From: Patescibacteria group bacterium
GTDB taxonomy: Bacteria; Patescibacteriota; Minisyncoccia; Phycocordibacterales; Phycocordibacteraceae
Assembly: GCA_019752595.1 (NCBI GenBank)
Contig: JAIELV010000001.1
Coordinates: forward strand, 248,486 to 312,485
Direction: 5' to 3'
DNA: 64,000 nt
Position numbers and translations under genes: made by a program
The notes under the pieces: model-generated
Told to the model about the DNA's origin: nothing
The model's input: only the letters and a program-made list of their open reading frames with translations
Database searches by the model: none
Part shown: positions 1 through 11,079 of the stretch, piece after piece
How positions within the stretch are numbered: the first letter of the stretch is position 1
Layout: each line of letters starts with the position of its first letter

Positions 1-24
1 GTGTTCATAAAAGGTCGCTAAACC

Positions 25-3000
25 ATGAACGCTATCTGGAATTTCTTTCTTGAGCGACGTCAATTCACGATTCTGGTTATCGTGTCTTTGGTCATTGCTG
101 GGACTATTTCGGTTCTCGCAATGCCGAAGGAATCCACTCCTGAAGTAACTGTCCCTATTGCCGTTATTACGACCACTTTGCGTGGCGCTTCACCTGAAGA
201 CGTAGCGAAACTAGTTACGAAAGAGGTAGAAAAAGAAGTTGCAACCGTTTCTAACATCGACACACTTACTTCGTCATCACGCGAAGGGATTTCCTTTGTG
301 ACGGTACAGTTTGACGCGTCCGCAGATTTAGAAAAATCAATTCAGGACGTAAAAGATGCAGTGGACCGTGCGAAAGCATCACTCCCGCGAGATGCTGATG
401 ACCCTATGGTCGCTCAGGTCGACTTTGCAAATGAGCCTGTGTTGATGTTTTCACTCTCAGGCGGCCTTCCTCCTGCTGAATTTAACCGTCTCTCAAAAGA
501 AGTTACCGATGAGCTTGAAAAAATTCCAGGGATTTCTCGTGTTGAGGCATCGGGTGTTCGTGAGCGCGAAGCGCAAATTATCCTTCGCAAAGAAGCACTC
601 GCCTCATATGGCATAACAAGTGCGGAAGTGTTGGGTGCAATACAGTCGGCAAATGCCGCACTTCCTGTTGGCTCTATTAGTGTTGATGGAACGGAGTATT
701 CAATCAACTTCAAAGGCGGACTTGAGGATCCGAAGGACCTCTACCAGGTTATCGTCGGTTCTGCAGGTGGCAGGCCAGTGTATCTTTCTGACGTCTCGGA
801 TATTGTTGACGGTATTGAGCGCGCCCGAAGCTTTGCGCGTGTGTCTATAGACGCACAACCTGCGGAACCTGCCATCAACATGATGGTCTACAAACAAAGT
901 GGAGGAGACATTATTGCAGTTGTTGGGAAGGTTGAAAAAGAACTAGAAGAAATGCAAAAAACGGGCGGTACGTTGGACGGCATTGCAGTTCTCACCACCT
1001 ACTCCGCTGCGGAAGAAGTGACCGACAGTCTGACAGAACTCACGCGTGTAGGTATTGAGACGATGATTCTCGTGATGCTTGTTTTGTTTTTGACTATCGG
1101 TTGGCGTGAATCGGTTGTTGCAGGCCTTTCCGTTCCTCTTTCCTTCGTCATTGCATTCATTGGCCTCTACGCATCCGGAAATACTATTAACTTTGTTTCC
1201 CTCTTCTCTCTGATTCTTGCCATCGGTATTCTTGTTGACTCAGGCATCGTGGTGACGGAAGCAATTCATACGCGTTTCAAAAAATTCGGCGACCCGCTTT
1301 TGGCTGCCAAAGAAGCGATTCGCGAGTACGCATGGCCTCTGACCGCAGGAACCATGGCAACAGTGGCTTTCTTTATCCCTCTTTTCTTCATCTCGGGAAT
1401 CACTGGTGAATTCATTAAATCAATTCCCTTCACCATCATTTTCGTTCTGATTGCATCCCTTGTCGTCGCGCTTGGCTTTGTGCCGTTGATTGCGATTATG
1501 TTCACGAAATCTGAAATGAACGCCCTCGAAAAGAAACAAGAGGAGTTAAACGAGAAATTCAATCTCTGGTACCGCGGATGGCTCATGGGCATTCTCAAAG
1601 ACAAAAAATTCCAACGGCGATTTGTGTGGGGGGTTATGGGTGTTTTTCTCTTGTCCTTGGTGATGCCGATGACAGGCCTGGTAAAAACCATATTCTTCCC
1701 AGGCGATGACATGGATCTCATGTATGTTGAAATTGAAGCACTACAAGGGACACCGCTTGAACGCACCGACCTTGCAGCTCGTGCTGTAGAAGAAATACTC
1801 TACGAGAATCCAAACATTGAATCATTCGCGACCACTATTGGCGCATCGTCGGCTTTTAATCAAAATGGTTCTTCAGGCAACGGAAAACTGGCAAACATAA
1901 CGGTAAACCTCGTACCGAAAGAAAAACGAAAGAAAAGCTCATCAGAATTGCGCACGGAAATTGCAAAATCCTTAGAATCATTTCGAACATTTAAAGTATC
2001 TGTGTACGAACCTGAAGGTGGACCTCCATCAGGTGCACCTGTCGTCGTGAAATTTAAGGGGGAAAACCTAGATGACCTCACTCGCGCTGTTGATATAGGA
2101 GAGCGCATTATGACTTCTATTGAAGGCACGCGCGACGTCACTGCTTCAAACAGGGACAACGGTAGCGGGTTTACCCTTTCAATTGACCGAGCAAAGGCGG
2201 CGCAGGTTGGCCTTTCGCCTGCACAAGTAGCAGGAACACTGCGCACGGCTGTCTCGGGTTCTGTGGCGACAACCATCGTAAAAGATGACGGCGACATTGA
2301 TGTCTTAGTGCTCACGAATCTCAACGCTGACTGGAGAGAACCTTCAGAAACAAACGACACCACGATTGACGCAATACAAAATCTTTCTATCTCTACTCCT
2401 CGAGGCCAAATACTTCTTGGTTCGCTTTTGGTAAGTTCGTTAGATCAAGCAAATGCCTCAATCTCGCGCGAAGACCAAGAAAACGTTGCTTCTGTTTCGA
2501 GTTACCTGAAAGAGGGAGCCAACGCACTGACTATTACTCAGGAATTTAAACGACTGATTGCTGCAGAAACACTACCCGAAACGGTGACAGTGACGTTGGG
2601 TGGAGAAACTGAAAACGTAGATCAGTCGTTTGCAGAAATGGGGTACGCGCTTCTCGGTGGCATTGTATTGACGTTTGCGATTCTTGTACTTGCCTTTAAC
2701 TCGTTTCGCTTCTCGTGGTACTTGATTGTTCTGATTCCTTACTCACTGATAGGGGTGATGGCGGGGCTCTTCCTAACAGGATCTCCACTCTCCTTCCCCT
2801 CACTTCTTGGAGTGATTGCGCTTGCGGGCGTCATTATTAACCACGCAATCATTCTCGTCGACTCAATCATCATCCGCATGAAAGACGCAAAAGATCGAAG
2901 CCTTGAAGAAGTTATTGTTGACGCAGCTGCAAGTCGTTTGCGACCAATTGTTTTGACCACGCTTACCACCGTTATCGGTATGGTGCCGTTGTCCGCTGCT

Positions 3001-3123
3001 TCAGGACTTTGGGGGCCCCTCGCGTTCGCAATTATGTTCGGTCTTACGTTCGCGATGGTGCTCACACTCGTACTTACCCCTATCCTTGTGTTCAGAAATC
3101 CTGGCAAAGTGTATTGGAAGTAA
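25..3123 (+). CDS. RND-family efflux transporter permease (AcrB/HAE1-like), 1032 aa
   Basis: The length and 12-TM layout fit the family, with two large periplasmic loops. The N-terminus MNAIWNFFLERRQFTILVIVSLVIAG is typical of AcrB-type pumps, as are the conserved C-terminal TM segments. Confidence 0.85.
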   Translation: MNAIWNFFLERRQFTILVIVSLVIAGTISVLAMPKESTPEVTVPIAVITTTLRGASPEDVAKLVTKEVEKEVATVSNIDTLTSSSREGISFVTVQFDASADLEKSIQDVKDAVDRAKASLPRDADDPMVAQVDFANEPVLMFSLSGGLPPAEFNRLSKEVTDELEKIPGISRVEASGVREREAQIILRKEALASYGITSAEVLGAIQSANAALPVGSISVDGTEYSINFKGGLEDPKDLYQVIVGSAGGRPVYLSDVSDIVDGIERARSFARVSIDAQPAEPAINMMVYKQSGGDIIAVVGKVEKELEEMQKTGGTLDGIAVLTTYSAAEEVTDSLTELTRVGIETMILVMLVLFLTIGWRESVVAGLSVPLSFVIAFIGLYASGNTINFVSLFSLILAIGILVDSGIVVTEAIHTRFKKFGDPLLAAKEAIREYAWPLTAGTMATVAFFIPLFFISGITGEFIKSIPFTIIFVLIASLVVALGFVPLIAIMFTKSEMNALEKKQEELNEKFNLWYRGWLMGILKDKKFQRRFVWGVMGVFLLSLVMPMTGLVKTIFFPGDDMDLMYVEIEALQGTPLERTDLAARAVEEILYENPNIESFATTIGASSAFNQNGSSGNGKLANITVNLVPKEKRKKSSSELRTEIAKSLESFRTFKVSVYEPEGGPPSGAPVVVKFKGENLDDLTRAVDIGERIMTSIEGTRDVTASNRDNGSGFTLSIDRAKAAQVGLSPAQVAGTLRTAVSGSVATTIVKDDGDIDVLVLTNLNADWREPSETNDTTIDAIQNLSISTPRGQILLGSLLVSSLDQANASISREDQENVASVSSYLKEGANALTITQEFKRLIAAETLPETVTVTLGGETENVDQSFAEMGYALLGGIVLTFAILVLAFNSFRFSWYLIVLIPYSLIGVMAGLFLTGSPLSFPSLLGVIALAGVIINHAIILVDSIIIRMKDAKDRSLEEVIVDAAASRLRPIVLTTLTTVIGMVPLSAASGLWGPLAFAIMFGLTFAMVLTLVLTPILVFRNPGKVYWK

Positions 3124-3126
3124 AAT

Positions 3127-3155
3127 TTGACATTGGTTACTTATTAATGTAGAAA
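3127..3155 (+). promoter_or_regulatory. Possible sigma70-like promoter (TTGACA, 17-nt spacer, TAGAAA) for the downstream small gene
   Basis: A perfect -35 hexamer TTGACA sits at 3127-3132. A weak -10-like TAGAAA lies 17 nt downstream, about 30 nt before the ATG at 3187. Confidence 0.3.
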
Positions 3156-3186
3156 GTGGTATTACAGGTTTTTTGATTGCATAACT

Positions 3187-3609
3187 ATGTTTAGAGACGG
3201 ACGAAATATTTTGCTTGCAGGATTAGTAGCAACAGGAGCTGCGTGCACGGAGGCGCCTCGCCAAACTGGTGATCGCATCCTACGCATGGATATCGAATCA
3301 GCATGCAAACCAGGCCAAGAAGAAATTGACGGTCGTATGATTGCTGACGAACTTCGGCCTGTCCGAGAGTTTGGATACAGAATTCCTGGCGGATACGGTT
3401 TTGACAGTGAATTGGTACAGGGTTTTGCTGATTCATATCGAGACTGTACTCCAGGTGATTTTGATGTGGCTTCAACAATACTGCACGAAGAGAGCGACGG
3501 AGTTGAATATGTAGACCATGTGCTCTTGTACAACGTGAGAAATGCCGTTAGTGTTGGCCTTGGAAGACCGTATCGTGAAATTAACCTTGGCGAAAGCCGA
3601 GAAGATTAG
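3187..3609 (+). CDS. hypothetical small secreted or lipoprotein-like protein (140 aa)
   Basis: The ORF has a hydrophobic N-terminus (LLAGLVATGAAC) and is followed by a strong terminator. I recognise no family. Confidence 0.45.
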   Translation: MFRDGRNILLAGLVATGAACTEAPRQTGDRILRMDIESACKPGQEEIDGRMIADELRPVREFGYRIPGGYGFDSELVQGFADSYRDCTPGDFDVASTILHEESDGVEYVDHVLLYNVRNAVSVGLGRPYREINLGESRED

Positions 3610-3614
3610 ACAGC

Positions 3615-3641
3615 AAAAACGCCCTTTCTGGGGCGTTTTTT
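3615..3641 (+). terminator. Rho-independent terminator (ACGCCC / GGGCGT stem followed by a T-run)
   Basis: Sequence aaaaacgccctttctggggcgttttttg sits directly after the stop codon at 3609. Confidence 0.65.
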
Positions 3642-3710
3642 GTATTTAACTTTTAACGTATTTGGGTGTAGGCTAGTCTCAATAAATCATTAGGCGCAAA
3701 GACTGTTGCC

Positions 3711-4097
3711 ATGAACACTCACGAAAGCATCGAAAGAAAAAAGAAGAGGCACTTCGGCGCTACGGTATTTTTGACAGCTTTTCTTTCGGCGTGCGTGCCA
3801 CAACCATCTACCCCAACCCCTTCTGAGGCGGGCACGACAAACACCTCGCGAGGAGGTGTACCAGGAAGTGTCGCTGAACTTCAGGCACGCTATGAGGCAG
3901 CTGCAGCGGCCGAAGAGTTATACATTCAATGTATGGAGCGTTACTTCCCTACGTATCGTGCTGATGTAGAGACATACGGTTCCGTGTTTACTGGCGACCC
4001 TTTGGACGACACACCACACCCCTCAGTGGAAGGATGCCGCGCAGAAAGAGATGCACGGAATACTGCTGCGCGCACTATTGGACTTCCACCGATATAG
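3711..4097 (+). CDS. hypothetical lipoprotein or secreted protein (128 aa)
   Basis: Signal peptide with a lipobox-like LSAC, followed by a Thr/Pro-rich linker. I recognise no family. Confidence 0.5.
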   Translation: MNTHESIERKKKRHFGATVFLTAFLSACVPQPSTPTPSEAGTTNTSRGGVPGSVAELQARYEAAAAAEELYIQCMERYFPTYRADVETYGSVFTGDPLDDTPHPSVEGCRAERDARNTAARTIGLPPI

Positions 4098-4113
4098 TTG
4101 ATCTTTACTATTT

Positions 4114-4344
4114 TTAAAGCAGAATAGTTACCTGATTGTTCGACACTTCAAGTACTCCGCCTGGAACTTCAAAGTTTTGCGTTCCTTCCTTTGTTCTTAT
4201 CGTTACAACTCCTGGGAGAACATTTGATACAAATGCCTCGTGATTTGGCATGACGGTAATTTCACCCGCGCCAGTTTGCACAGTAACTGAAAGCGCTTCG
4301 CCTGAGAAAACGTTTTCGTGAACTTTTGTTATTGCAACGCGCAT
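4114..4344 (-). CDS. atpC: F1 ATP synthase epsilon subunit
   Basis: A 76-aa beta-sandwich-only epsilon (MRVAITKVHENVFSGEALSVTVQTGAGEITVMPNHEAF). It is the last gene of the atp operon. Confidence 0.85.
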   Translation of the reverse strand: MRVAITKVHENVFSGEALSVTVQTGAGEITVMPNHEAFVSNVLPGVVTIRTKEGTQNFEVPGGVLEVSNNQVTILL

Positions 4345-4363
4345 GCTTTTAGGAATACGAACC

Positions 4364-5734
<1,371 letters not shown>

Positions 5735-5756
5735 TTATGTATATATACCTTATTAA

Positions 5757-6677
5757 TTATTTTGCCGCCATGGCCTCAATGCCGCCGACAATCTCCGAAA
5801 CCTCCCTAGTAATCATCGCCTGTCGCGCCTTATTAAAGGTACGGGTCAGTGCTTTCGAGAGGTCACGTGATTTATCAGATGCATTCTTCATGGCAATCAT
5901 ACGAGCAGAATGTTCAGATGCTTTTGACTCGAGAAGTGAGTGGTAAAAAAGAACCCCCACAAGGCTCGATATCAAATCATTGACCACTGCTTCTGGTGAC
6001 GGTTCAACGGTATAAAAAACTGGCGCAGGACGCGTTGTTGCAGGTGCTGGTACCTTTCCTTTCTCAGGTGTGATTCCCTTTACAACAGCGCTCAGTGTCT
6101 CAAGAGAGAGTGGTAGAACCGTATGAGCGATTGCACTCTGCTCAAAGGTCGAGCGAAAGTTGGTGTAGATAATATCAACGCGATCGTAATCTTTTTCTGC
6201 AAACGCACGCGCGATGTCGTTTGAAACCTTCGAAAGATCACCTACGACGATATCGTCTGAAACGTTCTCAAAACGTTCAACAATGGTGTAACCACGACGT
6301 TCAAAAAACTCCGCACCTTTTCTGCCAAACGCGTAGATTGAAATCATCTCTGTCGGCAACCCAGAAGCTTGCACGCGCAGATATGCTTCTCGAATTACTG
6401 CTGCATTCAAAATACCGCAGAGGCCCTTGTCCGAGGTCACCACAACAAATGCCGCTTTTTTTACTTCTCTGCTCTCAGTAAGCGGGTGACGGACTGTTGA
6501 AAGAGAAACACTCATACGTTCAAGGATAGAAAGCGCAGAATTTGCATACGGACGAGCCGTAATGGCACGCACCTGCGACTTACGCATTTTGACTGCGGAA
6601 ACCGCTTCCATTGCCTTCGTCACCTTTCGGGTACGATCAACAGACTTTATTTTGTTTTTAATATCTTTGAGCGCCAT
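5757..6677 (-). CDS. atpG: F1 ATP synthase gamma subunit
   Basis: N-terminus MALKDIKNKIKSVDRTRKVTKAMEAVSAVKMRK and C-terminal helix ITREVSEIVGGIEA are gamma-like. Confidence 0.9.
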   Translation of the reverse strand: MALKDIKNKIKSVDRTRKVTKAMEAVSAVKMRKSQVRAITARPYANSALSILERMSVSLSTVRHPLTESREVKKAAFVVVTSDKGLCGILNAAVIREAYLRVQASGLPTEMISIYAFGRKGAEFFERRGYTIVERFENVSDDIVVGDLSKVSNDIARAFAEKDYDRVDIIYTNFRSTFEQSAIAHTVLPLSLETLSAVVKGITPEKGKVPAPATTRPAPVFYTVEPSPEAVVNDLISSLVGVLFYHSLLESKASEHSARMIAMKNASDKSRDLSKALTRTFNKARQAMITREVSEIVGGIEAMAAK

Positions 6678-6738
6678 TGTTTTGTTATGAGCGAAGCGAA
6701 TTAGAAAACATTAAGTACTCGTAGGGGTGCGTCATGTG

Positions 6739-8289
6739 TTATCCGAGGGACGATACGAAAGATTGAATAGCTGACTTCAAATCGGCTTCAGTCTTTTCTG
6801 AAATCGCTTTTTCAGTTTTTATTGCTTCAAGAACACCCTTAGCTTCACGATCTAAAAACGCAAGGAATTTTTCTTCTACATCGCTAATTTTTTCAGCTGA
6901 ATATGCGTCAAAGAAACCGTTTGTGACAGCGTATATGGCAACTACTTGTCGTTCAAAAGGAGCTGGGGCATTCTTTTTCTGATTCAACAACGCGGATAGT
7001 CGTCGTCCACCGTCAATGCGCTTCTTGGTGTCTGCATCCAAGTCCTGTGAGAACTGCATGAACGCTTCAAGTTCCCTGAACTGTGCGAGATCAAGTTTGA
7101 TGCGGCCCGACACTTTCTTCATTGCCTTTGTCTGAGCAGCTGAACCCACACGCGACACAGAGATACCAACGTTAATTGCAGGGCGCGTACCTTTGTTGAA
7201 CAAATCAGCTTCTAGAAAGAGTTGTCCGTCCGTAATTGAAATAACGTTCGTCGGAATGTAGGCGGATACGTCGCCGTCCTGCGTTTCAATAATCGGAAGC
7301 GCGGTAATAGAACCGCCACCCTTTTCTTTGGAGAGTTTCGCAGCGCGCTCCAGAAGGCGTGAGTGAAGGTAGAAAATGTCTCCTGGATACGCTTCTCGGC
7401 CTGGCGGACGACGAAGAAGGAGTGAGAGCTGACGATATGCAACGGCTTGCTTGGAGAGATCATCGTAAATAATCAATACATCTTTCCCTTTCTCCATGAA
7501 GTACTCTGCGATAGATACACCTCCGAACGGTGCCAAGAATTGGAATGCCGCAGGAGCGGATGCAGGGGCAGAAACGATAATTGAATATTCCATAGCGCCG
7601 CGTTCCTGGAGAAGTGTAGCGATGCGCGCGGTTTTTGACTCTTTCTGACCGATAGCGACGTAAATACAAATTGGTCTATTTTCTTTTGACTCATTCAGCT
7701 GGTTCAAAATTGCATCAATCGCCACAGTGGTCTTTCCTGTACCTCGGTCACCGATGATGAGTTCGCGCTGTCCACGTCCCAAAGGGTTCAAAGAGTCAAT
7801 TGCTTTAGTACCTGTATGCATCGGGGTATTCACCGGCGCTCTATCCATCACGCCGTATGCCACGCGTTCAATTGGCATGGTTTTGTCGGTCTTAATGGCG
7901 CCCTTGCCGTCAATTGGTTCGCCGATTGAGTCTACGATTCTACCGACGATTGCATCCCCTACTGGAATTGAAAGGAGGCGCTTCGTGCGCTTCACGAGCA
8001 TACCCTCGGTAATACGTGAAGAGTCGCCCAAGACAATTGCTTTTACGGAATCTTCTTCAAGGTTCAAAATCACGCCGTAGAGCGCACCGTCTTTTGAAAT
8101 TGCCGACTTTACGTCCGCCGTGCTTGATTCATCAAATGAAATCATCTCCGCCATCATGGCGCCCTCGAGTCCTTCGATTTCAACAATCCCGTCGCCCACC
8201 GTGCGTACGACACCAACTTCAGTCGCCTCCTTTGAATCGGAGAACGATTCTATTTCTTTCTTCAGTCTTTCAATGATTGATGCGTCCAT
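6739..8289 (-). CDS. atpA: F1 ATP synthase alpha subunit
   Basis: Walker A GDRGTGKT plus alpha-type N- and C-terminal domains. Confidence 0.97.
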   Translation of the reverse strand: MDASIIERLKKEIESFSDSKEATEVGVVRTVGDGIVEIEGLEGAMMAEMISFDESSTADVKSAISKDGALYGVILNLEEDSVKAIVLGDSSRITEGMLVKRTKRLLSIPVGDAIVGRIVDSIGEPIDGKGAIKTDKTMPIERVAYGVMDRAPVNTPMHTGTKAIDSLNPLGRGQRELIIGDRGTGKTTVAIDAILNQLNESKENRPICIYVAIGQKESKTARIATLLQERGAMEYSIIVSAPASAPAAFQFLAPFGGVSIAEYFMEKGKDVLIIYDDLSKQAVAYRQLSLLLRRPPGREAYPGDIFYLHSRLLERAAKLSKEKGGGSITALPIIETQDGDVSAYIPTNVISITDGQLFLEADLFNKGTRPAINVGISVSRVGSAAQTKAMKKVSGRIKLDLAQFRELEAFMQFSQDLDADTKKRIDGGRRLSALLNQKKNAPAPFERQVVAIYAVTNGFFDAYSAEKISDVEEKFLAFLDREAKGVLEAIKTEKAISEKTEADLKSAIQSFVSSLG

Positions 8290-8303
8290 ACTATTTTTTA
8301 TTA

Positions 8304-8681
8304 TTAAAAACGGGCGATGCTTCGGTAGAGGGATACCAAAGCGCTTCTAAAACTGTTATCGATTAACTTTCCCTTTGCACGAACTGTGTATCCACCCACC
8401 ATACGCTCATCCTCGATAACCACATGATGTGTGTCAGCTGAGAGAGACTTGAGGGCAGCGGAAATGCCTGCCTTATATTTATCAGTGTCGTTCTTCTTGG
8501 CTACCGTTACTGTCGTTATTCCTTTTTTTGAAGCGCGCGCAGTGAGTCTGAGAACTTGCGAGAGCAGCGAGAGATGGCCTTTCGCTTTCATGTACTTCAA
8601 GAGCTTCTCTGCAAACGGCTTACCGAGGTTATTCTCCTCAGCCTCCCGAATGACCGCAGCGTACGCGTGAGAAAAGGACAT
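8304..8681 (-). CDS. atpH: F1 ATP synthase delta (OSCP) subunit, unusually short (125 aa)
   Basis: It sits between atpF and atpA with OSCP-like helical sequence. The usual delta subunit is about 180 aa, so this one is short. Confidence 0.6.
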   Translation of the reverse strand: MSFSHAYAAVIREAEENNLGKPFAEKLLKYMKAKGHLSLLSQVLRLTARASKKGITTVTVAKKNDTDKYKAGISAALKSLSADTHHVVIEDERMVGGYTVRAKGKLIDNSFRSALVSLYRSIARF

Positions 8682-8684
8682 ATA

Positions 8685-9128
8685 TTATTTTGCGGAGAGA
8701 ATCTTCTCTGCGGCAAGAATCGCAGCGCGCGCGATTCCTTTTTCGCTCTCCTTCAGTGCTTTGCGTGAGAGTTCTGCAGCCTGAAGTTCCGCGTCCTTAA
8801 GGAGTGCTTCCGACTGTGCCTGTGCACGCTCCACTATCTTTGCGCGCTCTTCTTTACCAACCTCTACGGATTTCTGCACTCTGTCTTCCGCTTCACGCTC
8901 AGCAGCCGCAAGCACTTCTTTGCGCTGCTTTTCCGCTTCAAGAGCGTTTGATGAAGCTTGCTCAGCATCGCGAACCCCTTTCTCAATCAGTTCTTGTCGT
9001 TCCTTAAGAATTTTCAGAACTGGCTTGTAGAGGAAGAACGTCAAACCAGCAACCAAAAGGCCGAAGTTGACGGACTGCGCGAGGAGCAGTTTTCCGTTGA
9101 TGCCGAATGCTTCTATCAGTGCGTCCAT
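8685..9128 (-). CDS. atpF: Fo ATP synthase subunit b
   Basis: Single N-terminal TM helix followed by a long charged coiled coil. Position in the operon fits. Confidence 0.8.
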   Translation of the reverse strand: MDALIEAFGINGKLLLAQSVNFGLLVAGLTFFLYKPVLKILKERQELIEKGVRDAEQASSNALEAEKQRKEVLAAAEREAEDRVQKSVEVGKEERAKIVERAQAQSEALLKDAELQAAELSRKALKESEKGIARAAILAAEKILSAK

Positions 9129-9150
9129 GCGGTTTCGAAAATAAAATTAT

Positions 9151-9384
<234 letters not shown>

Positions 9385-9406
9385 TTATTATGACTAATGT
9401 TTATAA

Positions 9407-10177
9407 CTAAGCGTGTGCCTCAGCATGTTCTTCACCGTGCGGCTCGGTAACCGAGAGCTTGATGAAAAACAGGGTGAGCAAAGAAAAAATAGCCGCCTGG
9501 ATGAACGCCACGAATACCTCAAAGAAGAGGAACGGGAGCGGCAACAAATATGCCGCAAAGAACATCAAGACGACTATAAGCAAGTGCCCCGCAAGAATGT
9601 TACCGAACAATCGGAACGACAACGAAACAAGTCGGGCCAGGTTGCCTATGATTTCAAGGATGCCGACGAAAAAGTTCATCGGCGAGCTAAAATTAACAAA
9701 TTTTGAGGCGTACTTCAAGAAACCAAGGTGTACTATCCCCGCTATTTCGATAACCAAGAACGAAATAATGGCGAGCGCAAGTGGGGTGTTTAGATCGGCG
9801 TTGACTGGATAGAAGAGGGGCATGAAGTGACCTTCGTGATCGACAAAGCCTACCGACTCCATAATCGGCAAGAAACCGACAAGATTCATGAAAAGAACAA
9901 ATACGAAGATAGAGGCAATCAAGGGGAAATACCGTTCTGCAAGCTTTACGTCCTCAAGAGCGTTTTTCATGTAATCCATAACGCCTGCGACGAACGATTC
10001 CACTACTACCTGCCCTTTTCCAGGCACCAATTTGAGGTTCCTACCTATGAAAAAGGCGGCGGCGAGTATAAGAATAGTGGTAATCCAGCTCGTGAGGATT
10101 GAGGGGGTCAGTGGAAACCCGCCAATGTCGGCAATGTGTTCAGGAGCTAACGCAATATGAAGACCTTCTGCGGCCAT
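9407..10177 (-). CDS. atpB: Fo ATP synthase subunit a
   Basis: 5 to 6 TM helices with a conserved Arg in the penultimate helix (NLARLVSLSFRLFGN). It is the first gene of the operon. Confidence 0.9.
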   Translation of the reverse strand: MAAEGLHIALAPEHIADIGGFPLTPSILTSWITTILILAAAFFIGRNLKLVPGKGQVVVESFVAGVMDYMKNALEDVKLAERYFPLIASIFVFVLFMNLVGFLPIMESVGFVDHEGHFMPLFYPVNADLNTPLALAIISFLVIEIAGIVHLGFLKYASKFVNFSSPMNFFVGILEIIGNLARLVSLSFRLFGNILAGHLLIVVLMFFAAYLLPLPFLFFEVFVAFIQAAIFSLLTLFFIKLSVTEPHGEEHAEAHA

Positions 10178-10246
10178 ATAGGGGGTAGTGTACCGTGCCC
10201 GTGGAGAGCCCGCAATCGTTACGTAATCCGATTGTATAATTTGGAC

Positions 10247-10549
10247 ATGAAAAACTTTATTCAGTTTATACGCGAACAGGGCGTTGTAGGGTTGGCTATC
10301 GGTTTTATCCTGGGTGGCGCCGTTTCCGAGCTCGTAAAGTCTTTTATTAATGACATTATCAATCCGCTTTTGGGTCTTTTGCTTGGCTCAGTCTCGGGAC
10401 TCAAGACTGCGTCACTCAGCGTATTTGGTGCCACCGTGGTATGGGGTAGTTTTGTAAACGTCTTCATTAACTTCGTCATCATCGCGGCCGTCGTCTACTA
10501 CGGCTTTAAGATGCTGGGACTCGAAAAACTCGATAAGAAAAAGGAGTAA
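10247..10549 (+). CDS. mscL: large-conductance mechanosensitive channel MscL (start re-assigned to the internal ATG)
   Basis: MKNFIQFIREQGVVGLAIGFILGGA matches the MscL N-terminus, and the protein has two TM helices. The annotated ORF extends upstream into the atpB start region, so the true start is the ATG at 10247. A TATAAT box at 10235-10240 lies only 6 nt upstream, which suggests a leaderless mRNA. Confidence 0.85.
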   Translation: MKNFIQFIREQGVVGLAIGFILGGAVSELVKSFINDIINPLLGLLLGSVSGLKTASLSVFGATVVWGSFVNVFINFVIIAAVVYYGFKMLGLEKLDKKKE

Positions 10550-10574
10550 CGGCAGTGACGTTTCATTCCTACAA

Positions 10575-10610
10575 ACACCTTCTCGGAAATGCGTCGAGAG
10601 GGTGTTTTTT
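10575..10610 (+). terminator. Rho-independent terminator after mscL
   Basis: ACACCTTCTCG / CGAGAGGGTGT hairpin followed by TTTTTT. Confidence 0.55.
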
Positions 10611-10615
10611 GTTAC

Positions 10616-10643
10616 TTGATTAATTTTATATTTATGATATAAT
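10616..10643 (+). promoter_or_regulatory. sigma70-type promoter with extended -10 (TTGATT, 16-nt spacer, TGaTATAAT), ending 6 nt before the ATG, which implies a leaderless transcript
   Basis: -35 TTGATT at 10616-10621. Extended -10 TGATATAAT at 10635-10643. The ATG of the next gene is at 10650. Confidence 0.55.
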
Positions 10644-10649
10644 GCTTAT

Positions 10650-11030
10650 ATGAATCGGATTCGCTTTAATCCTGAGTTTTTCTTTTCTCCTACTAAACGT
10701 CCGCGCAATCCGAATAAACTCGCCGTGCCGAAATGGAAATTTCGTGACCCAGTTTTAAATACAGCATTTGCGCCTGCCCGAAGTGGAGAGTCTCTTTTTT
10801 CTAAGGGAGAATCTGCTCACCTACTTGCAGTGACACACAGAATAACTCTGGATAGACTTTCTAATCTAAAACAAAAGTACATGGGTTACCTACTGGCAGT
10901 CAGTGGTGGAGGTATGGCATTACTTGGACCCGCAACCTATATAATCGATAATTTTAAACCAGGTATTCCTTTTACAGCTGTTGGTATAGCGGCGTTAGCC
11001 GTTGGGTTGAAAGTTTTACAGAAAAAATAA
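10650..11030 (+). CDS. hypothetical membrane protein (126 aa)
   Basis: The ORF has a strong promoter. The C-terminal half carries two predicted TM helices. No family recognised. Confidence 0.45.
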   Translation: MNRIRFNPEFFFSPTKRPRNPNKLAVPKWKFRDPVLNTAFAPARSGESLFSKGESAHLLAVTHRITLDRLSNLKQKYMGYLLAVSGGGMALLGPATYIIDNFKPGIPFTAVGIAALAVGLKVLQKK

Positions 11031-11079
11031 CCGTAACTTAGGGAAGAAATGTTACGTAAATAAATAGAGAAGCAAATAT

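Noticed and set aside
60-3107. Multiple 60 to 170-aa ORFs antisense to or nested within the RND transporter gene (for example 414..713, 1266..1766, 1860..2363, 2739..3107)
   Set aside because: They lie wholly inside a well-supported 1032-aa CDS on the other strand and have no recognisable motifs. They are typical shadow ORFs.
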